Positions 1 through 11,800 of a DNA stretch of 64,000 nucleotides are shown here, piece by piece. Position numbers and translations under genes: made by a program. Source of the stretch: Elsinoe ampelina. Its lineage: Eukaryota. The DNA is taken from NCBI GenBank assembly GCA_010093995.1, contig ML992512.1:815831-879830 (forward strand), given 5' to 3'. Numbering within the stretch: position 1 is the first letter of the stretch; every line of letters begins with the position of its first letter. The notes beneath the pieces were generated by a model, which ran no database searches, was not told where the DNA came from, and saw only the letters and a program-made list of their open reading frames with translations.

Positions 1-130
1 TAGATAGTTATTGTCTTAATCTGTTGCTATTAAGGAGTTCTTTTGATTTAGCTATCTTTTAGTACACCAGGTTAAGTATTTATGTAGTTATAATCCACCT
101 CAGTTTGGTGGATCAGGCAGTAATTAATCC
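1..130. repeat. AT-rich, TpA-rich edge, probably the end of a RIP-mutated repeat/TE relic
   Basis: Much more AT-rich than the rest of the window, with many TA dinucleotides (tagatagtta, gttaagtatttatgtagttataa). No ORF. Element family not identifiable. Confidence 0.35.
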
Positions 131-482
131 TTTTTCCTCCCCCACACAAGTCAACAGCGACTCCTCCGTTTCCGACCCTGCCAATACCGTTCCCGCATCC
201 CTCTTGATACACTATTCCAAGTTAGGTCAATGGCATAAGACCTGAAAATCGGGGAGAATACAAGCCGCACGCGGATGAAGGATGGCAAGGCCCCTCATCA
301 CTGCTGATCATGCAGCAGACGAGCTGGACTCAGCTGTACCCGTGCCACATTCATCACAAAGGCGGGGACTAGTGACGGTGTTGTAGCTCTATAACACGAT
401 ATTGGCCTCTCCTGTTACTTCCTGGCATTTCTGTGCAATCTGGTAGGTCCTCTCATCCAAAACATCTCATCCGCCAAACGAT

Positions 483-1966
483 ATGACTTCAAGGGCAGAC
501 TCGGGTAAACGCCTTGACAAGCAAACGATTCTGCATGAAATACGGAGCAGGAAACCCAGCATAGTAAAGTACACGGCGTCCATACCCTTCTCTGCCCAGC
601 AGGCAAAGTCGGAGACAGATGGTCCTCCACAGCCGTCGGCCCATCTGGTACGCACATGCCTTTCGGCGGCCATTTCAAACACAGCTCAGCTCCAAGCCAT
701 CGTCGCCAATGCCACAGCGGATCTCTCTCATGGGCAGCCGGTGAAGTATTCCATGAGCGTTGTAGAAGATGTGCCGTGCGAATGGATTGGTCATCGACCC
801 GAGACCGAACCCCCTGCAGCACGACCTGTCTCGGCTCAGGACCAATATAACGCTATGACTAAGGATACAAGCAATAAGACCGTCATCTTGTTCACTGCTG
901 GCGGTGCCGCGAGGTAAGTAATGCTCATGTATCACTACATCGGCTGACATGTTCCAGCGCGAACAATGCAGTCCTTCACCGTCCGATCCTCACAGAGCTT
1001 GCCCGTGCTACTGGTGGTCGGGTTCTCAACGTACTAAAGAGACTAGCTCCCCAGCATCCCTATCCCGCAGGGCTTCTCGATTTACTACTGGCATATCTGC
1101 ATCTGTTGTACCCGCCACCAGGGTCATTCCACGATCCTATCCCCGCCTCCCGTATCGTGCTGGCAGGCAACTCACATGGAGCTTCCGTATGCCTCTCGCT
1201 CGTCCTCACGATCCTGCACTTCAACGGCCGATCAAGCAACCCGGACGGATCTTCTGCCAATCCTTTCTCTCACTCGCCAGCTCCCACGTTGGACTTTGCA
1301 CACTATGAGCGCCGTCTAGCGCTACCAGCTGGCGTGCTAGTGCTTTCACCGGCACCTGACATATTTCCTGCACTACCGTCTTTCTGGAAGAATATGGATC
1401 ATGACGTCTTCTCTTGGGCAACGCACCCGGCGATGTCCCCTTCCTTTCCAGCGGACCATTTGTGGCCATCTGACCCACCACGCGAACATCCTTACTGCTT
1501 CAAAGAGATGCTTTCACATCCGCTGATATCGCCCAATATGGCACCCTCCAGCTGTTGGCAAGGTTGTCCGCCGATCTACGTTGACATTGGCACGGATGAA
1601 TGCTACAAAGATGGAGCTCTGTTATTGGTGGACACCATGAGATCGGCAGGCGTCCCTGTGATGTTTGACGAGTTCGAAGCAATGCCACACGACTTCTTCA
1701 TGTTCTTTCCCAAGTGGTGGCAGTCGAAGAAGTTGATAGAGAGGGCGGCTGAAGCAGTGAAAGGCATGGTTCAACCCGGTAAGAAGGCTGCTTCGACTAC
1801 CTCAAACGATTTGTGGGGCGTCTGGAGCATAGAAGGACACTATACCTCGAAAGACTGGAAAAGTTTAAAAGCCATGGACTGGCAGTACGCAACGAAGATT
1901 ATCCGGAACAAAGCTCAGCCGCTCAAGCCATGGACAGGCAGTAGTAACGGAAAGTCAAAGATGTAA
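483..1966 (+). CDS. Alpha/beta hydrolase (HSL/abhydrolase_3-like esterase); intron 914-957; N-terminus uncertain
   Basis: The intron GTAAGT..CTGAC..CAG joins ORF 483-917 to the frame of ORF 1106-1966. Motifs: VILFTAGGA (HGG-like), RLAPQHPYPAGLLD, GNSHG nucleophile elbow, GTDE and AMPHDF (His). Confidence 0.8.
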
Positions 1967-2062
1967 TACTGAGCTGTTCTGCCTATCTCAGTTGGTCGGT
2001 CTTTTCCCCCATCCACATTACAAGACCTTTGTCGCCACTTCATCGCCCCCAGCTATACCAGC

Positions 2063-2754
2063 TCAAGCCATCTCAAGAGCCACCTCAATCACCGCCTCAC
2101 CCTGGGAAAGCTCCTCAGCTCCGTACCCCTGGTCACAATCAGTCGCAGCATATTCCCTCAACATGGAGAGAGCCTCAATGATATTCTGCTTGGTGCTCTC
2201 CCTTTCCTTGACAAGCCTATCTTTCTCCTGCTTGATCACCTGAATCTCCTCTTCGCTCGCCACAGTTTTCTGGAGAAGGTCACGGTTCTGCAACCTGGAT
2301 CTCGTTAGCATTCTCGGTATCGCTTTGGCAGAGGGTCAACTCACTCGATGGCTTCGATCTGCTCCTTGAGGCTCTTGACGTCCTGCTCCAGCTGCACCTT
2401 CGCCTCTTTGGCTTGGTTCAACGCCCCTCGGATCCTATTCGTCTCCTCAACCGCGTCGGTGACCTTCCCTTCGACTCTCTTCATGTCCTTCTGCAGATTA
2501 TCCACTTTCTTCTCCTGGTCAGCATTGATCTGCTTTAGGTCCTTGGCGTTCATCTCTTTGTCGACGGTGAACTTGCGAAGGTGTGGTATCATCTCTGCGA
2601 TCACGCGCTTCATCTTCTCTTCGAGTTCCCCCTTGACGCCGTTGACGAAGTTCTCGCCCTCCTGACTGAGCTTGGGGGTGTTGATCTTGGACGTGCTGGA
2701 GTTGTTGCGGTTGGCTTGGGAGAGGTGGTTGTTGGCTTTGGCAGTGTTGCCCAT
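2063..2754 (-). CDS. Hypothetical coiled-coil protein; intron 2295-2344
   Basis: ATG at 2754 in good context. The intron GTGAGT..CTAAC..CAG joins two E/K/Q-rich heptad-like ORFs in frame. No recognisable family. Confidence 0.65.
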
Positions 2755-4150
2755 AGTGGCGGTGGAGACGTGGATGTTCGTTTGGTTGGGTCGTTGATTT
2801 GGTTGTAGGCTGAGATTGTTGGAGAGCAGTTGGCTGACTGTAGAGCTGGTTTGGTTTGCAAGACTTGGTTGTTGGGAGTGCTGGTTCTGATCTGAGCAGA
2901 GGAGAGAGCATTTCGGGCTGCTTATATGCATCTTTCAGAACTCACTCACAGTCTTTGTGTTCGCGCAAGTATCAGAGCACATTTAGAATAGCGCGAGCAT
3001 TTCAAACCTGACAAGCTATCTCACACTGAAGGTCTCAAGCATTCTGGCAAGGCAGAGTCAAGACGACCCTTTCGTCGACTTGGAAGACAAAGGGGTGGTG
3101 GAGCAGAGTTTCAAGCTTTGATCGAGCAGGTCGAAGATCGTTGAGGGAATCTGTATCGAGAGACATGGGACTGCCAAGTTCAGCAGGGCTTTGGCTAGGT
3201 CTGAGGTAGGCTTGTTCGGGCGTTTGTCCACACCACCTTGAATGAGGGACCTAGGATCCTGCTGTTCACACGATGGAGAGGGCAGCAGATGGTAGAGAGG
3301 GCTGTGGCTATACTTGGGCACTGATAATATCCATGACAATTGAGCACTGAAATTTCTGCTTCCACTCGGGATCGAGAGGGCTCGGAGAGGACGTGTAGAT
3401 GCCTCGTTCCAACTGCACATACACAAATGTTTATCCTTTGTAATTCGAAGTGAAACGAGTACAAGTGGGTCGATCTCGTCCATTCGTCGTTCATCCAAGC
3501 TAACTTGATTTGAAATATGTGCAAATAGGATGTCTTAAGAGATCAAGGCATCCACTCAATCTTCCTACACTTGTCTTCAAATCGTGCCAGACCACGGTAG
3601 AAACCAAGGCAAATATGTCTTGAGCACGGAGAATGGCTGACCAGGCAGCCAGATTGCCATTTTTATGTCCGAAGGAGGGCACGCTCTTGCCATAGCACAC
3701 CCAGCCGAACGTGAATCATTATGGTGCAGCCTAAAAAAGTGTTCATCCTTTAGCGACGTGGTGGGGCCGATGTTGCGACCGGATAGCTCCGTGCTCGTGA
3801 AGACCGCGAGTCATCACAAACGATCGTGCTGCAACTTGATAGGTCGGTGCCGCCCCAATCCGAAGCCTCCAGACAAGGAGCTGTACGACAAGACGAGGTT
3901 GCATGCTGATAGTCTTGCGGTTCAAGACATCATCTGCCGCACAATCCTCGACCCAGATGTACTGGTCGGTCGCCGCCTGTTGTTGGCGCGGGCAGAGTAT
4001 CAAAGGCGAACCCTTTAGGAAGGCATTCCATGACGGCATCATGGACCTCGTTGAGAAACCTGCCCGCAAATACGTGCTCGGCACGATCGTTGTTTAGACC
4101 TGACATCTTCGGCGTCGGTCGCAGCAGCGCAATCCACATATCGTGTCGTC

Positions 4151-4553
4151 CTAAATGAGACCTTTTCTTGCCAATTCGATCTTACGTGCCGCTTCGCCTT
4201 GCTTGAACCCGCCTTTGCTCACGCAGAGCATGCTGCCATCGCCAAGCTCCACTTTCTCCTCCGTGTCAGGGAAGGCGCATGGACAGTGGTGTGGGAAATG
4301 GACGCAGGACAGTGTATGAGGACAGAGATACTTGTCGCAGTGTACTGTGCCAGTCAGGAATCTTCATGTAAAGCATGGTCCGGTCTTCCTAACCATTCTC
4401 GTAGTTGTGCTGATACCAGGATGCATCGCTGGCAGCATTCTGTGGTTGCTGCTGTCCTTGGCCTCCATTGAACATTTGTTCGAAGAATTGGAACTGGGCG
4501 GAAGCGGAGCTGACAAGCAGCGCAAGGCTGGATAATAATATGGTGTACCTCAT
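4151..4553 (-). CDS. LCL2: Long chronological lifespan protein 2 (small secreted/ER protein); intron 4345-4393
   Basis: Signal peptide followed by [10 protein letters not shown], then the spliced Cys-rich segment [26 protein letters not shown]...[24 protein letters not shown]. Confidence 0.88.
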
Positions 4554-4803
4554 GTTCGATATTTTGCTTGGAATACTCATGTGAAGTGATGGAACTGGAG
4601 ATCAACTTCAGCAGTGACAGCTGTCGTCCGGTAACGACTCGAGTCATGGAACTTTTTTTCCTGACTCGCTGACCCCAAGAATCTCGCCGCAATACCAAAA
4701 AATTTCCACCGTCAAGCAATTCCTCAATTGACAGCAAAACAACGAGACTCGTACCCATCCAGGACATCGCACTGCAGCAAGTCTCCGCCTCATATCCGCC
4801 ATC
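4554..4803. promoter_or_regulatory. Bidirectional promoter LCL2/NOP10 with an RRPE-like AAAAAATTTC (4697-4706)
   Basis: Divergent ATGs ~250 bp apart. The A/T tract resembles the ribosome-biogenesis RRPE motif and lies upstream of a ribosome-biogenesis gene. Confidence 0.4.
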
Positions 4804-5046
4804 ATGCATCTCATGTACACGCTTGATTCCGAGGGGAAGCGCATCTATACTCTCAAGAAGATGACCAACGACGAGGTCACAAAGAGCGCTCACCCAGCGC
4901 GATTTTCGCCAGACGACAAGTATTCGAGGCACCGAGTGACGTTGAAGAAGAGATATGGACTTCTCTTGACCCAGCAATGTCCGTCTCCTGGTCGTTATCT
5001 AAAGTACTTGAGCTAACATTCAACAGCGGCACCTGCGTCCAAGTAA
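4804..5046 (+). CDS. NOP10: H/ACA snoRNP subunit Nop10; intron 4979-5026
   Basis: [19 protein letters not shown]...[27 protein letters not shown]. The terminal intron GT..CTAAC..CAG gives the C-terminus QQSAPASK*. Confidence 0.96.
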
Positions 5047-5316
5047 AGCACAGCTTCGGTAGCCGATATCTACTATGTTTTCAGGCGTTTTCTGCAGCAT
5101 CTCCCTGGCGTTTTTGTACACTTGGCGATCTGGTATCACGACTTTTCACACTTCGAGAGGGGCACTCGAGACCTCTTTCCAGCAAGGCTTCCGTTTTGGG
5201 CATAGCTCCGCCGAGGCTTTTGCACACCTCTCACATTCGTGGATAGAGGCAAACGAATTTATCTCTCGACCATCACCTTCAGTTGCACGTGACTCCGAGT
5301 CCTCACCATCCAGTCG

Positions 5317-6282
5317 ATGGCACAATACACCTCCCCCTCTTCCACCACCCCCGAACCACCATCCATCACCCTCCCCGACGGTCGCAAACTCTCATACTTC
5401 ACCTTCGGCGTCACCCCCACCCCCACCGTCCCCTCCCCACCCACAATCCTCTACCTCCACTCCACGCCCTCCTCCGGCCTCGAAGCCTCCCACCTACACC
5501 CCCTCGCCCTCTCCCTCTCCCTCCGCATCATCGCCCCCAACCGCCCAGGCCTCTCCACCTCCACCCCACACCCCACCTCCACCCTCCCCACCACCATCTC
5601 CGACCTCTCCAACCTCATCTCCCTCATCTCCCTCCTCCACCTCCCCCCCCTCGCCCTCCTCGCAGCCCACTCCGGCGCCCCCTTCGCCCTCGGCCTCGCC
5701 ACCGCTCTCCCCCAGTCGCACATCCGCGGCCTCGCCGTGCTATCAGGGACGTACCCCCCTTCCCCCGCATCGGGCCAGAGAGGGACGCACTGGACTCCTT
5801 GGCTGGTGAAGAACCTATCCTACTACGCCCCCGCTCTCGTCCTGTCGGCGTTTGACGCCCAACTCGGCAGATTGGCGAGGGACACGGAGCGGCCGGAGCT
5901 GTTCCAGGAGGCGGTGCTGCGTCACATGGCCTCCCGTCCGGCATCTGATCTCGTCGCGATGCGGGACGGGGACATCAAGGCGGCGGTCGTCGAGGGGGCG
6001 AGGGAGGGTGTGAGATTTGGGTCTGGAGGGGCGATGAGGGAGGCCATGTTGCTTGGGATGGAGTGGGGGTTTCGGGTCGAGGATGTGCGGTTGGTCGGGA
6101 GGGTGTGGTTGTGCCATGGGAGGGAGGATGGGGAGACGAGTGTTGCGATGGCGGAGGGGGTGAAGGGGAGGATAGAGGGGGCGGTGTTGGAGGTTGTGGA
6201 GGGGGAGGCGGGGATTGGGGTTGTGTTGAAGAGGAGGGAGGTGGCGTTGGGGAAGTTGAAGGCGTGGTTGGAGGAGGGTTGA
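5317..6282 (+). CDS. Alpha/beta hydrolase fold protein (abhydrolase_1-like), catalytic motifs degenerate
   Basis: ITLPDGRKLSY, ILYLH, RIIAPNRPG, EWGFRVEDV and LCHGREDG are typical of the family. Intronless, 321 aa. Confidence 0.8.
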   Translation: MAQYTSPSSTTPEPPSITLPDGRKLSYFTFGVTPTPTVPSPPTILYLHSTPSSGLEASHLHPLALSLSLRIIAPNRPGLSTSTPHPTSTLPTTISDLSNLISLISLLHLPPLALLAAHSGAPFALGLATALPQSHIRGLAVLSGTYPPSPASGQRGTHWTPWLVKNLSYYAPALVLSAFDAQLGRLARDTERPELFQEAVLRHMASRPASDLVAMRDGDIKAAVVEGAREGVRFGSGGAMREAMLLGMEWGFRVEDVRLVGRVWLCHGREDGETSVAMAEGVKGRIEGAVLEVVEGEAGIGVVLKRREVALGKLKAWLEEG

Positions 6283-6492
6283 TGTGCTTGGGAGGGGTGG
6301 GGTCGGTGCTGCGTTGGTACGTGCCTTGGTTGTGAGAAAGCACATTGGAAGAAGCTTCATGATGGGTGTGAGTCTTCACAAAGATCTGCAGGCTCGGGGA
6401 AAGATGGAAATTAGATTTTGTGATTCATCTCTTGGCTACACTATCTCACCCCCTCCTCCCTCCCCCCACCTCACCCCTCCCATACTCACCGT

Positions 6493-8394
6493 CTACTTCC
6501 CCTTCCCAGTCGGAATCTGAAAGAAAACACCCTTCTTCCCCACCTCCTCCCCAACCCTCCCATCCACGCCCCCAATCCTCGCCCTGCCCTCCCCACCAAC
6601 AGGCTTATCACACCTAAAGAACCCCTTGCGATCAAACTGAATAATCTCATCCTCCCTCAATTTGCCCACATTCACATCAGCCCAACACCTCGTCCTCTTC
6701 TCCGTGTCCTTGTTCAAGAACGAATCGAAATCGTCGTCCTCCTCCAACTTATCCTTTGTCAGGAGGTAGTCGAAATCATACAGCAACACCTCGTGAAGTT
6801 CCTGGTCCTTGCTCAACCACGTGATCTTCTTCTTTGTCGTCTTGACGTCGCCCTCGAGGTGAAGGTCAAAGGACAGGGACGTGACGTGGTCCCCGGTCTT
6901 TTGGATGTTGCGCACGTACGCGTTGCCCCAGTTCATGAGGGTGATTTCCTCGCCGTCGGTGAAGGATTGGGCGTCCGCTTGGTCGACGATGACGCGGGAA
7001 GAGTACCATACCTCTTTTGAGCCGACGTCTTTGTTCTTGGCGTGCAGGTCCTTGGTCTCGCTTCGCGGGGCGTCGGTGTTGGGCCCTGTGACGGTGCACT
7101 CGACTGCGTTGTCGGCTTCGACGGCGGTGTAGCGGCCTGCGACGGGGTCGATGTATTTCTTGTTGGTGGCCCAGATGCTGGTCCAGTCCATGAGGGTGAT
7201 GGCTTTGCTGGGGCCTTGGCGGAGGATGAACTCCTGGAGGGCGGGAACGGTCATGCCTCGTCGACGGATGCCGCGGACGGTGGGGAAGCGAGGGTCGTCC
7301 CAGCCCCAGACGAGACCGGAGTCGACGACTTTGGTCAGCTTGCGTTTGGACAGGAAGGTGCGGATGAAGGACATGCGGGCGAAGTTCCAGTTGTAGACGT
7401 GGCGAAGGTCAAGGGCTTTGATGAACCATTGGTATTGAGCATCGCGGTCGTTATACTCTGTCGTGCGGAGGGCGTGAGTGACACCCTCATGGGCGTCAAT
7501 GAGAGGGCAAGCAAAGTCGTATGTCGGGTAGATCTTCCACCTGTCGCCAGTGCGGTGATGCTTCTCGGGGGAACAGCGGTAGATGACTGGGTCACGCATA
7601 GCTCCGTTGTTGTCCTTCATATCGATTTTGGCACGGATGTACCACTTCTGACCCTCTGGACTACCAGACTTCATCTCCTCAAAATGTGCGAGGTTGTCCT
7701 CGACACTGTCGTTACGGTGAGATGACTCAATCTTGGCCATGCGCTCCTCCCTAAGCTGCTCCTGAGGGGTGTTGTCCGCGTACGCTTTCCCGCGCTTGAT
7801 GATCTCCACACAAAAGTCATAGAGCTCCTGGAAGTAGTCGCTAGTATGTGTGACCTGGTCCGGTTGAATCCCCATGAGCTCAAGATCATACACAATGCTG
7901 TCCTCAAATTCCTGCTTCTCTTTCAAGGGGTTGGTGTCGTCGAATCGCAAGATCAGCTTGCCTTGATACTTCTTGTGCGCAAAGTAGTCGTTCAAAAGCG
8001 CCGCCTTTGCGTGACCGATGTGCAAGTATCCTGAGGGCTCTGGAGGGAACCGTGTGACCACTCCTTTCTCTGTGTCCTGTAGACCGATCTCGTAGTTTCC
8101 GCCATCGTCTACTGCTTTTGGTCGAGCAGTCTCCACCTCTGGCTTGATCGTCTCCTCGATGAAGCGGAACCACCTGCAGAGATTTGGTCGCAGGTTCTGC
8201 TTGATGTAGCTGTGCGCGATTCGATTGGTCCTGAGCGTCTTCCAGACTGTGAGGTCAGCGTCGGTCGGTGTGTAGCCAACAATGTAGGTGCGAAGGGTGA
8301 GGTGCGAGTCCAGCTCAGCAAGTGGCTTCTCGATCTCCTTGAGGTTGAGAGGTTTGAGCGCCTCGGCGCGGGTCTGCCACTCCTGGACTGACAT
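6493..8394 (-). CDS. GUS1: Cytoplasmic glutamyl-tRNA synthetase
   Basis: RFPPEPSGYLHIGHAKA (HIGH motif), LSKRKL, WGWDDPRFPTVRGIRRRG and an N-terminal GST-like region. Single exon, 633 aa. Confidence 0.96.
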   Translation of the reverse strand: MSVQEWQTRAEALKPLNLKEIEKPLAELDSHLTLRTYIVGYTPTDADLTVWKTLRTNRIAHSYIKQNLRPNLCRWFRFIEETIKPEVETARPKAVDDGGNYEIGLQDTEKGVVTRFPPEPSGYLHIGHAKAALLNDYFAHKKYQGKLILRFDDTNPLKEKQEFEDSIVYDLELMGIQPDQVTHTSDYFQELYDFCVEIIKRGKAYADNTPQEQLREERMAKIESSHRNDSVEDNLAHFEEMKSGSPEGQKWYIRAKIDMKDNNGAMRDPVIYRCSPEKHHRTGDRWKIYPTYDFACPLIDAHEGVTHALRTTEYNDRDAQYQWFIKALDLRHVYNWNFARMSFIRTFLSKRKLTKVVDSGLVWGWDDPRFPTVRGIRRRGMTVPALQEFILRQGPSKAITLMDWTSIWATNKKYIDPVAGRYTAVEADNAVECTVTGPNTDAPRSETKDLHAKNKDVGSKEVWYSSRVIVDQADAQSFTDGEEITLMNWGNAYVRNIQKTGDHVTSLSFDLHLEGDVKTTKKKITWLSKDQELHEVLLYDFDYLLTKDKLEEDDDFDSFLNKDTEKRTRCWADVNVGKLREDEIIQFDRKGFFRCDKPVGGEGRARIGGVDGRVGEEVGKKGVFFQIPTGKGK

Positions 8395-8813
8395 GTTGAT
8401 TGATAGTCAAGTCGAAGGTCAATTGCAGTGGAAAGGCAAGGAAATATCTAGTACGCAAGAGTCAGAATTTTGGATGATTCGAAAATTGCCCCACCAGTTC
8501 ACCGCAGCCCCTCTGTGTGCTCACCTACCAAGCAGCCGAATACACATCAAGAGTCACGGACTTCAATGACTGTGACCGGTGTTGGACCATGTGTCATCGT
8601 ACAAGTATGCTATCCTAGCGGCTCGATGTCTTCCTTTGAGACAAATCCGCAATGACCTAGTGCAAGTGTATGAAGCTGTTCTGAGCAACTGTCCCCCCAA
8701 ACACCTCGCTATGCAACATTCTATCCCTCCATGAGCCCTGATGCCCCTCCGACCTCTATTCCATGTTCCAATTCCCTCGTAAAGCCTCCATTCATGCATT
8801 CCCAGAACCTCCC

Positions 8814-11800
8814 CTACAACCACCCCATCCACAACCCCTCCGCAGCCCCCAAATTCCTCGGCTCCGCCGCCCTCGCCACCAAATCCAACACACTCTGACT
8901 CGCCGGCAGATTCCCCGCCTTGGGCTCCCCAGCAATAGCCAACGCCTTGTTGACAATCGCATCCGTATTCTTCTGCACATTCTCCCTCAGCTCGCCCTCG
9001 CGACTCGTCTGCCTGTGCTGCTGCGTGTACCAGAAACTCATCTCGTCGCGGACGAAGATGCTCAGGTGGCTTTCCAGATCGCTGCCGGCGGAGTCGTTGC
9101 CTGTGATGCTGCCCGGGTTGGGCGTGGGCATTGTGCTGCTTGTTGAGGTGGTCTCGGTCAGGCAGCGGGCGATGGCCATGAGGGCGCAGACGAAGATGCC
9201 TTCGGTGTGGATTGGACCCATGAGGGTCTGGAGGTTTGGCGTAAGGCGGAATGGCACGGCTTCTGGGTTGTGGAAGCGAGGCTGCTGGGCCGCCATGGCG
9301 GGGACGAGCTCCGAGCCCCAGATCTGTCCGGTGCCCCTGGAGATGTTCATCTTCGACGGATAGCGTGTTGTGATGAACATGGTAAAGGTGAGGAACGTCA
9401 ACGAGGCGAGCTGATGAGAGAACTGCCTGCGGAACAACCACAGCGCATCATAAGTAGGATAAATGGCCTTGAAGTAGTTGAGCACCACATCATGCGGGAC
9501 ATACTTCTCCTGAATGGCCGACAAAGTCTCGACCCGCACAGCTTGCATATGCTCTGGCTTGGCCTGCGATGTGTCAGTTTCTGCTACGACGGGTGAGCGT
9601 CGGGGACAGCGGACCTGGCCCGCCCCTCTCATCTTCTCAATCTGGAAGAGAATGGGCTCGTCCTTGTTTATGCCATTCCTGCGGCAGTAATCCTCATAGA
9701 TCCCTTGCAAGCTGATGTACGATGCGTCGTCCTGAAGCATGCGGAAGCTGGGAGAAAGTGGAACGATGATGGCGAGGTGGAATTGCAAGTTTCGTCGGCG
9801 AGATTCCTTCTTCTTGGCGAGAATGCTGTTGAAGATGCGGAAGAGTTGTACAATCCTTTCCTCTCTCCTGCTCAATCGCGGCGTCGGATGCTGAATGGCG
9901 AACGGATGAATGCTTCCGTCGTGTCCCCTAATCCTCAGTCTGCGATGGCAAGCAGTGACTCCCCTGACCAGATCAATCTCAGGCATGAATCGCTCGATGC
10001 GGACGAAATCCTGATTCTTGTCCTTATGCAGCAAATACTGGCCAGGAACCTCGACCTCATCAAACTTGTGATACCTGAATTCGGCAAGATGTGGTGCCAT
10101 CTTAAGGTGCATCTTCGACGTCCTGCGATCAAGTCTTTCTTCGAACCTGTCACGCCATTTGCGGAGCTTGCTGATGTAGTCGTGCATGGTCGGCTTGTTC
10201 TTGACAAAGTCTTCTTCGAACGCACTTCGAATGTGAGCTGGGAGCACACTGTCGGAAAACCGGGTGATGTTGGCCTCCGTAGAAGGTGGCAACTTGGCGC
10301 TCGGCTGGTAAGCATTGCTATATCTTCCGACGTAGGATAGTGCGTCGTTGAGAAGGGCCACAATTAGTCTGTAAGCATCTTCGTCCGGCTGACACTTGAA
10401 GTACTTCTGGATCTGATCGACCATGGTCTCCATCGACAATGCCAGCAGCGGGAACGCTGTCTTGAGGGTCTGCATAAGCTCCTCGGTGTGATCCCATGGT
10501 TTCTTTGGCTTTTCGGGTTGTGGTGGTTCAGATTTCTGATCCTCGCCTTCCTTGATCTCCTGCTTGGGTTGTGTCTCTCCATTCGTGGTACCGTTGGTCT
10601 GGGCCTGCTCTCCTGCGGCGCTCGATGGTCTGTTCTCACCATTTGCCGCGGCACTACCGGGCCTTGATGATGGCGAGCTCTGCTTGGCCTCCGAGCTCTC
10701 CCTCGCAGGCTTTGCCTTCTTCTCCCTCGCCTCTTTCATCTCCTGGCTACGCTTGATGGTCGTCATGTCCTCCCTGCTGGTACGCAACTGGAAGTACAAT
10801 GCTTGCGGGTATGTCTTTGCCAGCTTGCTGAGGATTGTGTGGGCGATTGTAGCTTCGCGCGGTGTCCTTGACAGGTTGTTGAGCAGCTGTGGAATGAAAG
10901 TAATCCAATACCAGACTGGTGTCTCCCCCTTGAATTGGTTCCAAGATTCTGCCAGCTTTCCTTCCGCGTCGTCCAAGCTGAGCAACCAAAGAATTCTGCT
11001 AAGCAGCTTCCTCGACTTGGCGCTCTTGTACTGACCTGCGGCTTCCAGGTAACAGCTGATGGCGTTGCTAGCTTTGTCAAGACTTTGCGGATCCTCCTTG
11101 AACAGATTGTCGTTGTATCGTCCCCACTCTGCCCAGGCTTTCGGCAGCTTGATGTCGAAAAAGAGCGCCGTTCCGAAGGCTTCATTCGCTTCGTCCTTGT
11201 GATTGAGCTTGGCAAGGAACATGCCTTTGAGGGTGTAGAACTCTGCCTTCTGCTGTGGTCCGAAGTAGTTGAGATTGGTATTGTTGATCACCTCCAGGCC
11301 ACTGCTGAGCTCTGACTTGTTTTGGTAGTGACATTTCGCTTGCTCGCGAAGCTTGAGGAAGGCTTCTTGGATCTCAATATTGGGAAGAGTATAGATGCGA
11401 CTGAGCTGATTGATGCACACTTCGGGCATTTGGTGCTTGCGTGCGACGTGGGCGAAGCGGTTGATGATCCAGGCAGTCTCATGATAGCCTCGATAGGCGT
11501 ATGATTGACCAGAAGCATTGCTTTGACCTGTCGGAATAAGCTGAAGGTACACGCCGTTGATTAGATGGAAGATGTGCTGTCTCCAGGTGACCAAGTCCTG
11601 CCAGGCGTTGATGTCGTCCCAGAAGTTCGGTAACCTCTCACGCCATGTGCTGAGCAGTAACTTGAGCTCTTGTGATTTGGCATCCAGGTTGGTGGCGTTT
11701 GTTTGAGCTAGACTGCCACAAATGACGCTGGCATCATGCAACTCCACAATTGATTGGAAGTTCTGCAGCAAGCTGATGTGGGATTTTGTGATGTTCTTGG

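Noticed and set aside
93..113. ATCCACC...GGTGGAT 7-bp hairpin
   Set aside because: Too short, and I could not relate it to 5S rRNA, tRNA or a TE terminus.
3000..4140. Several 60-146 aa ORFs between the coiled-coil gene and LCL2
   Set aside because: No motifs, no consistent codon bias and no convincing splice model.
5330..6310. The C-rich and G-rich island halves as true inverted repeats or foldback transposons
   Set aside because: The halves are complementary only in composition. I found no exact terminal inverted repeats or target-site duplications, and conserved proteins read through them.
5075..6379. Long Pro-rich or Gly-rich ORFs in alternative frames and antisense (e.g. 5075-5809, 5283-5855, 5815-6360, 5975-6379)
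   Set aside because: By-products of the extreme C/G skew, which removes stop codons. They overlap a recognisable hydrolase gene.
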